Source: a virus. From it: a DNA stretch of 64,000 bases. Location of the stretch: the IMG/VR virus record IMGVR_UViG_3300045988_079560; one strand, written 5' to 3'. Positions 19,990 to 30,562 of the stretch are shown here, one piece after another; position 1 is the stretch's first letter, and every line of letters starts with the position of its first letter. The translations under genes and the position numbers were made by a program. Under the pieces are notes generated by a model. That model made no database searches. It saw only the letters and a list, made by a program, of their open reading frames with translations, and was not told the DNA's origin.

Positions 19990-20547
19990 ATGAGTAGTTT
20001 TGTACCGATTTATGCGGTAGATTTCGATGGAACGCTCTGCGAAAGCAAGTGGCCCGGAATTGGCGCACCTAACAAAAAACTGATACAGCACCTCGTTCAA
20101 CGCAGAGCAGAGGGCGCAAAAGTGATACTTTGGACTTGCAGAGTGGAAGAACATCTGAAAGAGGCGGTGGACTGGTGCGGTAAATTTGGTTTGGAGTTTG
20201 ATGCAGTCAACGACAATCTGCCTGAAAATATTGAAAAATATGGGAACAACCCAAGAAAGGTGTATGCCACTTGTTATATTGACGATTTAGCCGTGGATAA
20301 AAACAAATACGATCTTCCGTTTCATACTGACGAAGAGATAGACTACTCAAAATTCGATAAATACCCTATCGGAAGTGAGTGGATGTTAAAGACGGAATAT
20401 GCAGAGTTACCAGTGATAATAGAAGAGGTAAATGCTTTTCATGGGTATATCAGTGCGAGAAGCACGAGTGAAGAGGACAAATTTAGATTTTTCAAAGTCC
20501 GCCGTGATATTGAATGGTTTTACGACAAATTATTTCCAAAGGAGTGA
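19990..20547 (+). CDS. HAD-like hydrolase/polynucleotide phosphatase-like
   Basis: YAVDFDGTLCESKWP...VILWTCRVEEHL...YIDDLA. Confidence 0.75.
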   Translation: MSSFVPIYAVDFDGTLCESKWPGIGAPNKKLIQHLVQRRAEGAKVILWTCRVEEHLKEAVDWCGKFGLEFDAVNDNLPENIEKYGNNPRKVYATCYIDDLAVDKNKYDLPFHTDEEIDYSKFDKYPIGSEWMLKTEYAELPVIIEEVNAFHGYISARSTSEEDKFRFFKVRRDIEWFYDKLFPKE

Positions 20548-20702
20548 TTCAATTATGAAGAAAAAGAAAATCAATCCGCAGGAATTTGACTGTGGATGTT
20601 GCGGAAATCAGATTTATAAGAGCCGTCTTAGAGACGAGGTAAAGTGCTGTTATTGCGGTTATATCAATCATGTAGGGAAATACACAGGTAGGAGGAAGAG
20701 AC

Positions 20703-21515
20703 TTGGATAAAACGAAAATAGAGTGGGCTGACAGCACATGGAATCCGATTACCGGCTGCCGTCATAAATGCCCTTATTGTTATGCCAGAGGCATTGCAAA
20801 CCGTTTTGTATCACGGAAAGGATGCCATCTGGTAGAACCGGAGACGTACAAACTTGGAGACGATGGTTCTGAAACTTATGAGATAAATGAGCAACCGTAT
20901 TATGTTGATGATGAGACCGGAAAACAATTCAGATGCGCCTATCCGCATGGATTTGTGCCGACAATCCACAGATACCGCATGGGAGAATACAGAGACAAAA
21001 AGAGGCAGAGAAATATCTTTGTCGGATCAATGTCGGATGTGTTTGGAGAGTGGGTTCCTGATAGATGGATCAGGGAAGTGTTTAATGCTTGTGAGAAAGC
21101 TCCGCAGCATAATTACCTCTTCCTCACGAAGAATCCCGGAAGATATATGGAGCTGCATCATTATGGAGAATTACCACTCAGAGATAATATGTGGTACGGA
21201 ACGACAGTCACAGATCCAGATACGGAGTATATGGGGCAGGACGGACACTATGAGTTCCATACGTTTTTGTCAGTAGAGCCTATACTGGCAGACTTCGGAG
21301 AACTGAGTGAGAAATCATACATCCCGGAGTGGATCATCGTAGGAGCGGAGACTGGCAGCAGAAAGGATAAAGTCATACCAAGACGAGAATGGATTGAAAA
21401 TATTGTGGAGCAGTGCAGAAAGTACAACATACCGGTATTTATGAAACCAAGCCTCACGGACATTTGGGGCGAAGAACTCATTCAAGAGTTTCCGAAAGCC
21501 CTTATTCATGCCTGA
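20703..21515 (+). CDS. DUF5131 (phage Gp37/Gp68) family protein
   Basis: IEWADSTWNPITGCRHKCPYCYAR...FVGSMSDVFGEWVPDRWI. Confidence 0.88.
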   Translation: MDKTKIEWADSTWNPITGCRHKCPYCYARGIANRFVSRKGCHLVEPETYKLGDDGSETYEINEQPYYVDDETGKQFRCAYPHGFVPTIHRYRMGEYRDKKRQRNIFVGSMSDVFGEWVPDRWIREVFNACEKAPQHNYLFLTKNPGRYMELHHYGELPLRDNMWYGTTVTDPDTEYMGQDGHYEFHTFLSVEPILADFGELSEKSYIPEWIIVGAETGSRKDKVIPRREWIENIVEQCRKYNIPVFMKPSLTDIWGEELIQEFPKALIHA

Positions 21516-21688
21516 TTTATTCCAGAGCATTGATAAGAATATGGTTAAATCGCCGGTAGCGTACTGCAAAACACACAAAGGGTATCTATCAACGAAGCAA
21601 ATGAAAGTCCATAAGTGCCTGCAGATAGGATGCACTGGACTGGAAAGATTGGAACATCCCTACTGGGAGGAACGCCAACGGAAAAAGG

Positions 21689-22300
21689 ATGAAGCGAAGA
21701 GAAAAAAGAAGCAACAGTAAATTGGTTCATGTTTCATTTGATGAAGTAGAGAGATTTGTTCCGAGAGTTCCGAAACAGATCTGCCCGGATGAGGATAACA
21801 CCACTCCGAGGATATGCGTAGCACCTAACATATTGAGTGCAATCCAAGCGATGCCGCAAGGCGGAACAGTAGCGTACAACATGGCAAGGGTTGGCGTACC
21901 GGTTGTTATCCATGCGTATTACATAGAGAGTGATGCTATCCTCATGCCGGAACAGATAGCGGATAAAGTGCCGGATGCCGTTGCCACAGGAGAAATGTGG
22001 GTTATGGCAGTTCCGGCAGCAGTCCGCCGAATAGACTACGAGATTGTTGATCCGTATGTGCCTATGAGGATTGATAGGAATGGCACGAGAGAGCGATTTC
22101 TTGTATGGTACGGAGAATTGAAACGGGTTCAGTATCAGGATAATTGGAGAAATCTATCTACCAGAACAGCCAGAAATCAAAAGGCGGTAGAGTGGTTTAT
22201 GGAAAATAAGCCAGACATATCGTACAGAACATTTATGTCAAATATGGACGATGAACTATTGAAATCATTCCATGTGGAATTACAGGAGGTATGGGAGTGA
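21689..22300 (+). CDS. Hypothetical phage protein
   Basis: Long ORF in same-strand operon. Confidence 0.55.
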   Translation: MKRREKRSNSKLVHVSFDEVERFVPRVPKQICPDEDNTTPRICVAPNILSAIQAMPQGGTVAYNMARVGVPVVIHAYYIESDAILMPEQIADKVPDAVATGEMWVMAVPAAVRRIDYEIVDPYVPMRIDRNGTRERFLVWYGELKRVQYQDNWRNLSTRTARNQKAVEWFMENKPDISYRTFMSNMDDELLKSFHVELQEVWE

Positions 22301-22602
22301 ACAAACAGAAGAAATTAGCAAAACAGAATACGCCGTTGTATAAGAGAGTACCGACACTTAATCTGGTGGACTATTCAGATATAAAAGTGCCGCTAGTAGT
22401 GATATATGACAGCCCGAAAGACTTTCCGGGAAAAGTGGTGGCAAGAGTATGGGACGGAGAGAAGAATCGGCCAACGAATGTTTACTGCGAATATGAAAAC
22501 CTTAAAAGATGCGAAGATGATGTAATGTCAGCCGGATTCGTGTTCAAATTTCCAAGGGCACCGGAGGACGATGCGTGCATCGTTGAAACATACATGAGAT
22601 AG
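22291..22602 (+). CDS. Hypothetical phage protein
   Basis: ORF coupled to previous gene. Confidence 0.5.
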   Translation: MGVNKQKKLAKQNTPLYKRVPTLNLVDYSDIKVPLVVIYDSPKDFPGKVVARVWDGEKNRPTNVYCEYENLKRCEDDVMSAGFVFKFPRAPEDDACIVETYMR

Positions 22603-22612
22603 GAGGATTGCA

Positions 22613-22891
22613 ATGGCAAAGAAGAGAAGCTGCCGCAGAACAGTAAATGAAGATAAGGTACATGAAAAAGCGGTTAAAATTCGCAAAATGACCGATGAAC
22701 AGTTGGTGCAGTATGTCAATGACAGAGCGGAAAAAGCCAGGAGTGAGGGATTTAATCAGGGAAAGAAATCGGCTACCGGAATGACAGTCAATGATTTTCT
22801 GAAAGAAATCTCAAAAATCAAAGGTGTTGGAGATGTCACAATCTGCAAAATCATGGAGCATTTCAGAGAGAAAGGAATCCGGGATGAATAA
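22613..22891 (+). CDS. Hypothetical phage protein
   Basis: ORF with RBS. Confidence 0.5.
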   Translation: MAKKRSCRRTVNEDKVHEKAVKIRKMTDEQLVQYVNDRAEKARSEGFNQGKKSATGMTVNDFLKEISKIKGVGDVTICKIMEHFREKGIRDE

Positions 22892-23348
22892 GACACCACT
22901 GCAAATATTCGAGGAACGTAACGAAAAGGATTGCTGTCTCAACTGCGGAAAACTGATTGTTAAGCAGACAGACGCAGGGCATATAAATTTCTGCGGAGAA
23001 ACAGGAAAGATCATTCTCGATATGTTCCTTGATGTTGGAACCCATTTTCCAAAATGCAAGTATGAGAGAAAGGAGGAACCTATGCGTATACAGAATAACA
23101 TTTTCATCAAGGCAGTAGCAATCAGAGAAGAGGACGGATTGGAAATCGGAACTGAATATGATGTAGAGGACATTATGATGGGGCAGAGCAATACGAGTGT
23201 GAGCTTAGTAGGAATGAAAGGATCGTTTAATAGTATTTCATTCAAGTTCATGCACGATGGCAGAGAGATTGACATTTTCAGAAGCCCCTTAATCAACCCG
23301 TATATGAGATTTAACGGCAACAACGGGATTTGTTATAAGGAGTAGCTG

Positions 23349-23630
23349 ATGATAAAAACGTGGTATGAGGAATATGAGAAGATAAAGGATAAGGCGATAG
23401 TGGTATTTGGATATGAGTGGGAGTCTATGGCAGATGAACAGAAAGAGAAGATCCTAGCAGAGAAAACCGTGATAATGAGCGGAGACAGCGGATATGCCTG
23501 CAAACGCTATCAAATTATCGGAAACGCAAACAATCTGTCAGACCATGAATGTGCCATAATAGCGGATGGTGGAAACCTTTGCTTTGGGTACAGAATGGAG
23601 GGACAGGAAATCGTTGTATACACAGATTAA
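23349..23630 (+). CDS. Hypothetical phage protein
   Basis: ORF in operon. Confidence 0.5.
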   Translation: MIKTWYEEYEKIKDKAIVVFGYEWESMADEQKEKILAEKTVIMSGDSGYACKRYQIIGNANNLSDHECAIIADGGNLCFGYRMEGQEIVVYTD

Positions 23631-24021
23631 AGGAGGACAATATGGAAGCAAGAGAACTGGCAAATAAGCTCTATGGACGAGCATACGGAGATAGTTTCGA
23701 TGATGTGCTGGAAGAGGCAAAACAGAGTGGTCTCGTCATTGTGACGGGCGCATCAGATGATTTGATGGAGTTCAATGGAGCAATCTGCGACGAGGGAGGC
23801 TGTTTTGATGGTGGAAGAGTTTATTTCGATAAGGACGGAGTAGATCAGGAGGGAGAAGAACGTGCCAACTGGATAGATGCCAGATGGTGTGATGGAATGA
23901 ACCGAGACGGACTTCCGGCAACATGGACGTATGAGACAGAAATTCCTTGTGAGAGATTTGATATTTGGGAAGATGGAGAGGTCTACTGCGTAGGTTTGGT
24001 GTTCTCAATCGAGGATCTGAA

Positions 24022-24645
24022 ATGAAAACCGCAGAAACCGTAGCATTGGAAAAGGCAATCAGAAGAGCCACATACAAAATGGGAACATTTGGCTGCTATG
24101 AGGTAACGATAGGATATGGCGGCAGAGAACGTGTGGACTACATGACATACGACACCAAGGGCATTTTCCGATGCTACGAGGTCAAGGTATCAAAGGCAGA
24201 TTTCCATAGTGCAGCAGTTAAATCGTTCGTAGGTCACTACAACTATTATGTGCTTACCAGAGAACTTTACGATCAGGTCAAAGGAGAGATTCCAGACTGG
24301 GTTGGTGTGTATATTGGCGATTACTGCGCCAAGAGAGCCAAGAAACAAGATTTATCCGGTAGGGAATACAAGACACGCAGATCAATCAATGGGCGCAGTA
24401 CAGAGGTATCTACGCCGTGGGAGGATATGCTCAAAGAAAGCATGATCCGGTCGCTGTACCGTGACTCAGATAAGCTGATTCAGACAGAGGACGAGCAGTA
24501 CATAAGCCGTCTCAGAAGCCAGATTGACAAGGCAAGGACTGAAAGGGACAGAGAATCAAAGAAGTACCTCAGATTATGGAAAGCCGTAAGGAAAGAATTT
24601 GGCGATGAAAAGGCATGGGAACTCATAGAAAAGGCAGAGGAATAA
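24022..24645 (+). CDS. MmcB-like/PD-(D/E)XK-like DNA repair protein
   Basis: MKTAETVALEKAIRRATYKMGTFGCYEVTIGYGGRERVDYMTYDTKGIFRCYEVKVSKADF. Confidence 0.6.
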   Translation: MKTAETVALEKAIRRATYKMGTFGCYEVTIGYGGRERVDYMTYDTKGIFRCYEVKVSKADFHSAAVKSFVGHYNYYVLTRELYDQVKGEIPDWVGVYIGDYCAKRAKKQDLSGREYKTRRSINGRSTEVSTPWEDMLKESMIRSLYRDSDKLIQTEDEQYISRLRSQIDKARTERDRESKKYLRLWKAVRKEFGDEKAWELIEKAEE

Positions 24646-24660
24646 AACCTCTGCCTTAAA

Positions 24661-25341
24661 TTATTTCCTGCCATTTATGGCAATCACTACATCATCAAAA
24701 CCGGAATCAGAGTAGCAAGTGCCCTCCTGAGAAAGAGTTGTACCTGGCTGCAATTCTTGGTTATCATCCATAAAAGATAATTCGCTAAAATTAACCATCT
24801 TCCCATCTTTAAGGTACACCACATCCATCCACACATAATCTGCGGCGGAAGTTCCGTTGTTTGTCACGGATGCAACAATGCCGCTGTCGGTAGTATTGTA
24901 GTCAACGGATAAGTCAGAATAGACAGGAGAGTATTCTTTTTCCTCAGATACGGACAGCACGTAATCAAAACTATCAATCTTATCCCATTCATCAAATGTA
25001 GTCCATATACCGGCTGTTTGCCCTGGAGCAACCGCTTTTGTTCCATCACTGGAAGAACCAACCATACTGCCGGAAGAATCCAATGCGGTCACATTCAGAT
25101 CAATACTTACAACCTTATCTGAATTGTTTGTTACATACATAACGTAATACATAAAAGAATCATCCACAGTACAGGAATAATCCTGCGTACTCATCAAATC
25201 TGCAAGGTTTGTTTTGTCTTTACTTTCTGTCGTAGTCGTGACCACAGTAGTGCCATTTTTGGTAGATGTACCGCCACCACAACCAGTCAAAAGAACGGCC
25301 GACAGTAACAGTATGGCAAAATATCTCATCTTCATAGACAT
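24661..25341 (-). CDS. Secreted lipoprotein
   Basis: Lipobox LLLSAVLLTGC; Ser/Thr-rich linker; FxLYD-like domains. Confidence 0.75.
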   Translation of the reverse strand: MSMKMRYFAILLLSAVLLTGCGGGTSTKNGTTVVTTTTESKDKTNLADLMSTQDYSCTVDDSFMYYVMYVTNNSDKVVSIDLNVTALDSSGSMVGSSSDGTKAVAPGQTAGIWTTFDEWDKIDSFDYVLSVSEEKEYSPVYSDLSVDYNTTDSGIVASVTNNGTSAADYVWMDVVYLKDGKMVNFSELSFMDDNQELQPGTTLSQEGTCYSDSGFDDVVIAINGRK

Positions 25342-25357
25342 ATCCTCCCTATATAAA

Positions 25358-25375
25358 TGTTTAGTCCATTATACA
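25358..25375 (-). promoter_or_regulatory. Repressor operator just downstream of a leftward -10
   Basis: Minus strand reads ...TGTATAATGGACTAAACAT, same as the repressor's own promoter. Confidence 0.7.
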
Positions 25376-25398
25376 TCAATGTGTCTATCAATGCCACA

Positions 25399-26604
25399 TT
25401 ATTCGCTTGCCTTGAAATTATATATAGGTTTCAGAATCGCAAGAATATCAACGGTTTCTCCAATACATTCCACAATCTCATCAATAGGCTTGTATGCCAT
25501 CGGTGCCTCATCTATGGTTTCCTCTGACACAGAAGTAGTGTAGATACCGTCCATAGAGTGTGAATAGTCTCTCATGCTGAGAGTTTCCTTTGCTTTCATC
25601 CGGGACATAATCCGTCCGGCTCCGTGCGGCGCAGAACAGTTCCAATCCTCATTTCCCTTACCGGTTCCGAGAATACATCCGTCACGCATATTGATGGGGA
25701 TAAGAACCTTTTCTCCGTACTTGGCAGAGATGGCACCTTTACGGACGATGTTGGAGTCGTGGTCGATATAATTGTGGATGCACTCAAAGAAGTCCGGCAT
25801 ATCTGCATCAACACCCCATCCCATGTGATTGCATATAATCTGAGCAATCATAACACGGTTCATGTAGGCAAACTTCTGACATATCCTCATATCATGGAGA
25901 TACTGTTCACGGTACTTACCATCTAAATAACAGAGGTCTTTCGGCAATTTCGGAGTGACAGCACGGAAGTTTCGGCGCAGCTCCTTGATTGCGGATTCAA
26001 TCTCAGATTTTCTTCCAGCGGCTTTGTAGTCGGCAATGAGCTTTTCCTGACGATCATACAAATCATCCTTACCGCACATCAACTCATAGGCAAGGTTCTG
26101 ATAGTAGTCTGCCACCTGTTTCCCAAGATTGCGGCTGCCGGTATGGATAACCAGATACTTATAACCGTCCTCCGCAACATCAACCTCGATGAAATGATTA
26201 CCACCGCCGAGAGTGCCGATAGAACGCTCAATACGCTTAGTATCTCTCAATTCACGGTAGCAGTGAAGATTCTGCAATTCATCAAAACGGATCTGCCGGC
26301 CATCATGCACATTTCTTCCACTTGGAACATAGGTGCGAATGACATTATCCAATCTCTCAAAGTCGATTTCTCCGTGTCCGATGCTTACGCAGAGCATACC
26401 ACATCCAATATCCACGCCGACAATGTTCGGAATTACTTTGTTTCCGAGATCCGCAGTAAAGCCAATGACACATCCCTTTCCGGCGTGAACATCCGGCATG
26501 ATACGAACCTTACAGTCCTTAAAGGCATCCTGAGACAGAAGAGTGTTAATCTGTTCCAAAGCCTCATCTTCGATGGTTTTTGCATAAACTTTCAAATTAC
26601 TCAT
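25399..26604 (-). CDS. rtcB: RtcB-family RNA ligase
   Basis: MPDVHAGKGCVIGFTADL, VGVDIGCGML, NHFIEV, GSRNLGKQ, NCSAPHGAGR. Confidence 0.95.
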   Translation of the reverse strand: MSNLKVYAKTIEDEALEQINTLLSQDAFKDCKVRIMPDVHAGKGCVIGFTADLGNKVIPNIVGVDIGCGMLCVSIGHGEIDFERLDNVIRTYVPSGRNVHDGRQIRFDELQNLHCYRELRDTKRIERSIGTLGGGNHFIEVDVAEDGYKYLVIHTGSRNLGKQVADYYQNLAYELMCGKDDLYDRQEKLIADYKAAGRKSEIESAIKELRRNFRAVTPKLPKDLCYLDGKYREQYLHDMRICQKFAYMNRVMIAQIICNHMGWGVDADMPDFFECIHNYIDHDSNIVRKGAISAKYGEKVLIPINMRDGCILGTGKGNEDWNCSAPHGAGRIMSRMKAKETLSMRDYSHSMDGIYTTSVSEETIDEAPMAYKPIDEIVECIGETVDILAILKPIYNFKASE

Positions 26605-26614
26605 AGTGATCCTC

Positions 26615-27304
26615 CTATACTTTGTATGTTTTGTTATTTTCAGAATTTCCGTTGTATTTTGTGAAAGGGCGAACCCATACACGCTTGCCAGTCTTGGTGA
26701 TCCGATAGAACCCTCTTACACTTACCTGTTCAGTAGGCTTTGTGTAGTGCCGTTTTGCACCATCTGCAGGAATAGGTCTGCTATCAATGCGGTATGTGGT
26801 TATCAGTGGTGTAGCACCGCCAGAACGGCGCAGGCTTTTTCGATGCTTATGAGAAATGCGTTTCTCTTTCTGCTCCGTAGTCTCAATGCAGTTGCGGTAA
26901 TGAGTTGCAAAACACATGAGAGAGTGGAACTTCAATGCCTCCTTGTATGGCGTTCTGTCAGCGGCAAGAACCATCCGGGCAACCTTTCGTTTCTCTTTGC
27001 TTAATCCGGCAGGAAAGACAATGTTTTCGATTTCCTGAGTTTTCGGATCATACCGATAATTGCAGACATACACGCCACCCATATACAGATGCAGCCTGAC
27101 GAATACACCCTCCTGCTCATAATAGAATTTAATATCTTCCTCCGGCAGCTCAACCAATGCGGAGGGGATGGGGATGCGGAACTCTTCGGCATCCAACCAA
27201 TCTTTATTTTGCTGATACCATTCAATGATCTTCTCTGTTTTCCCGATGGTATCGACTATGATTTTATTGCAGTTTGTAATATCAATCATGCCTAAGACCT
27301 CCAT
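26615..27304 (-). CDS. Hypothetical protein
   Basis: Long ORF between rtcB and recombinase. Confidence 0.5.
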   Translation of the reverse strand: MEVLGMIDITNCNKIIVDTIGKTEKIIEWYQQNKDWLDAEEFRIPIPSALVELPEEDIKFYYEQEGVFVRLHLYMGGVYVCNYRYDPKTQEIENIVFPAGLSKEKRKVARMVLAADRTPYKEALKFHSLMCFATHYRNCIETTEQKEKRISHKHRKSLRRSGGATPLITTYRIDSRPIPADGAKRHYTKPTEQVSVRGFYRITKTGKRVWVRPFTKYNGNSENNKTYKV

Positions 27305-27579
27305 TTCTTCAATGGTTCCTTATAGCATTTGTCTATTTGGACACGTTCTTATCAAGCGGCATCGTGCGCTCCGCCGGAGATACGCGAATGTCAGGAGATC
27401 CCACTATCCTTATCCGGTTTCGCATTAAAGCCGGAAAACCTGTCAACCAACAAAGGGATGGTGTATGCCGTTATCAACCCTCATACCGGCAGCAGTTTTC
27501 ACATTAAAAACTGCCAGAAACCTGTTACACGACACTCAAATAGACAAATCTTATAAGGAACCATTACTAGATATGCGCC

Positions 27580-28176
27580 TCATTTTGGGCGGTAAATAAT
27601 ATCAACGTGGGAATCTAATGCCTGTTCAATCTTTTCGTCCGTAACACCCAAGTAACGAGCCGTAACGGCGGCGGAACTGTGCTGATACAGGCGGCGGACC
27701 AGTTCAATGTCCTTTCCGTTCTTGTAGTAAATCTCTGTTCCGAAGTATTTACGGAACGAATGGGTGGATATATCCTCATACCCAGGACCGAGCCAGTCGC
27801 AAACCTTTTTCAGATGCTTTTGCACTGCCCGGACACCGATAGGGAATATCAGATCATCGCCCTCAATGCCCTCAGAGTCCGCATATTCAAGGAGGAAGTT
27901 GTAGACCTGTTCCTGAACCTTGAAACGGCGAACCTTTCCGGTCTTATGCTCAATAATATTAAAAGCGTGACCGGATGGCGTCTTGATAAAAGAGGAACGC
28001 CGGAGGGAGAGTGTATCTCCAATACGCAATCCTACATTCGCCTCAATAACGAGGATCGTAGCAATCCTGGGATTAGGCTGCACGCAGTCTCCAATGCCCT
28101 CATATAAAGTTTTTATGATAGTCTCGTACTGTTCATGCGTACAAGCTGTTGTTGTCTTTCCTGCCATTCTAACCAT
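27580..28176 (-). CDS. Second, short XerC/D-type tyrosine recombinase
   Basis: VGLRIGDTLSLRRSSF...ISTHSFRKYFGTEIYYKNGKDIELVRRLYQHSSAAVTARYL. Confidence 0.9.
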   Translation of the reverse strand: MVRMAGKTTTACTHEQYETIIKTLYEGIGDCVQPNPRIATILVIEANVGLRIGDTLSLRRSSFIKTPSGHAFNIIEHKTGKVRRFKVQEQVYNFLLEYADSEGIEGDDLIFPIGVRAVQKHLKKVCDWLGPGYEDISTHSFRKYFGTEIYYKNGKDIELVRRLYQHSSAAVTARYLGVTDEKIEQALDSHVDIIYRPK

Positions 28177-28184
28177 CCTCCTAC

Positions 28185-29471
28185 TTACTGATTTTTCATC
28201 AAACCGGCAACGACATTGTTGATTGCCGTCTCAGATACAAACCCACCTTGCAACCTTACCGGGGAAAGAGAACCGTTAGGGAGAAAGAGCATATCGCCAT
28301 GTCCCATGAGTTTTTCGCCGCCGGCCATATCCAATGCAACCATAGAGTTTGTGACTGTACCAACACGGAGACAGATCTTTGTAGGCATATTCGCCTTAAT
28401 CAATCCGGTAACAACCTTTGCAACCGGGTACTGTGTAGCGATTACAAGGTGGATGCCGCAGGCACGGGCTTTCTGTGCGATTCTTACAATATGTCCCTCA
28501 ACGGATTTTCCACCCATGCTCATAAGGTCTGATAACTCATCAATGAAAACTATGTCACGTCTCATAGGAGCATCTGCGAACTTCGCATTGTAGCTGTCAA
28601 TGTCACGGCAGCCGGTAGATGCAAGAACGGAGTAGCGGCGATCCATCTCAATACAAAGGTTCTTCAATAGCTCAACCGCACCATTTACCTCAGATACAAC
28701 CGTACACGCTGCAAGATTCTTGTAATACTCAAACTCTGTTGCTTTTGGGTCGATGATATATAAGTGCATCTGTGCCGGATTCTTTTTCATCAATAGAGAC
28801 AAGATGAGGTTATGCAGAACGATTGATTTACCAGATCCGGTCATACCAGAAATGAGGATATGGCAAGCCTTGGCAATATCAATATAATGTTTAGAACCAT
28901 CAACCGCCATGCCGATTGCCATTGTAAAACCATCGGTGGACTGGTACTCATTATCAATGAGCATATCGCCCAGGAACACGGTTTCTGTACCGGTCGGAAC
29001 CTCAATATACACATAGCCATTATCAAATCTCAAAGAGGCGTTGCAATGTAAGGCTGCCTGAAATTCCTTTTCATGTCTCAAAATAGCTTGTACCTGAGTT
29101 CCGGGAGCCGGTTCAATAACATACTGTGTAAGGCGTGGTCCCTGATTGATCTTTGCAAGGGTGGAGCGGAGGCGGAAAGAGTTCAATACACTCAATATGG
29201 TTTCGGCTTCGTTCTTTACTCCATGAGATCCCCATGAGGTGTGATAAGTCATATTGCCATCAACGGCAGGGAAGATATACGGCTTTGTAAGTTCATACGC
29301 CGGAGCGGTGGTAGCGGTCTGTCTCTCTGCGGACTCTTTCAGTCCTGTATTGAGAAGTGCGCGGGCCTCGCTGTGTTTTCTGTTTGCGGTCAATGCCTCC
29401 ATACAGTTGATAAATACGCTTTTCTTTCTCATGGTTCTCAATCCTTTCTTTACCGGATGCCGGTAGTACAC
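28185..29471 (-). CDS. FtsK/SpoIIIE-type DNA translocase
   Basis: Walker A ILISGMTGSGKSIVLHNL; VFIDELSDLM; LVIATQYP. Confidence 0.9.
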   Translation of the reverse strand: MYYRHPVKKGLRTMRKKSVFINCMEALTANRKHSEARALLNTGLKESAERQTATTAPAYELTKPYIFPAVDGNMTYHTSWGSHGVKNEAETILSVLNSFRLRSTLAKINQGPRLTQYVIEPAPGTQVQAILRHEKEFQAALHCNASLRFDNGYVYIEVPTGTETVFLGDMLIDNEYQSTDGFTMAIGMAVDGSKHYIDIAKACHILISGMTGSGKSIVLHNLILSLLMKKNPAQMHLYIIDPKATEFEYYKNLAACTVVSEVNGAVELLKNLCIEMDRRYSVLASTGCRDIDSYNAKFADAPMRRDIVFIDELSDLMSMGGKSVEGHIVRIAQKARACGIHLVIATQYPVAKVVTGLIKANMPTKICLRVGTVTNSMVALDMAGGEKLMGHGDMLFLPNGSLSPVRLQGGFVSETAINNVVAGLMKNQ

Positions 29472-30168
29472 AATTTACTGTTCAATCTCTGCAACTCTTT
29501 CACATAGGTGTCAATAGCATCCTGCGATTTCGTATCACACACAAGGCGTTTCGCTTGTCCGGCGTTCTCTATCATCGTCAATACACTATCACTCAATAAT
29601 GTCTGTTCTCTATCTGTCAATGAAATAACTACCATGTTCATACCTCCTACAACATATCATTACTTGAAAAAGTATTCAAAAGGATCTCATTGTCGGTTTC
29701 TGTTATATCCAGATAGTTGCCGGAATCATCAATAATACTTAATGCTTTTTCTTTGGTTATAGGTCTTTTCTCTGCGCCCCTAAAAGCGAAGCCATATCGG
29801 AACATCAAAGGCTTTTCGGATGCCTCAACAACTTCCTTTGCCTTGGCTCTGTCTAAAGTTCCATCGTAGAATGACATTTTTATCATAATTCCGCCTCCCA
29901 TTCATCAAAATCAGGTAAGTACGCTTCCAATTCCTCATAGGTTACTTCTGGAAGTATGTTTGCAATAATCGCCCTTGCGGAGTTCTTTGTATGACCGTGT
30001 TCCCTATATACATAGTCAATGAGATTTTTGATTAAATCATAAGTGAAATGATCCTCAATGCAGCCGGGAAACTGTTCTTTTAAGTAGTTCATAAATACTT
30101 CTAATTTATCTTTGTTCATGTGTTACCTCCATATTACAACGTGTTACATATCGTTACAATGTAACGGA

Positions 30169-30534
30169 TTAGATTAAAATACTCTCAATCAATCGGCGGT
30201 TTCCGGGTGTAACCTCTCCGCCATAGTTGGAAACGGTCAAGATCAGGTCAATGGCTGTTCTCAATCCTCGAAGCTCGGCAGATACCCGGCTGCGCTCATT
30301 GTGGTAATTCTTCAACGCCTCACGCTGAATAGGAAGCTCAATAGAAAGCTCAAAACGTGTGCGGCGTGGTGTGGATGGATTGTTATAGGTGCGATCCATT
30401 GCATCAATGGCAGCCATGCGGCGATCCTCTTCAATGCTCATGCGCTTTTCTGTTGCTTCAAGGCTTGACACCTTGGCCTGCAGTAATTCAAAACTGCTCA
30501 TACCGTTCTCAATTCTCAATGCTGTATTATTCAT
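30169..30534 (-). CDS. Coiled-coil hypothetical protein
   Basis: ORF in minus-strand operon. Confidence 0.45.
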   Translation of the reverse strand: MNNTALRIENGMSSFELLQAKVSSLEATEKRMSIEEDRRMAAIDAMDRTYNNPSTPRRTRFELSIELPIQREALKNYHNERSRVSAELRGLRTAIDLILTVSNYGGEVTPGNRRLIESILI

Positions 30535-30562
30535 GGTTTCTTATCCTCCTAAACTCAATATG

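Noticed and set aside
27580-28107. 27679..28107 + and other long plus-strand ORFs under rtcB/ftsK genes
   Set aside because: They are antisense shadows of well-supported minus-strand genes with recognisable domains.
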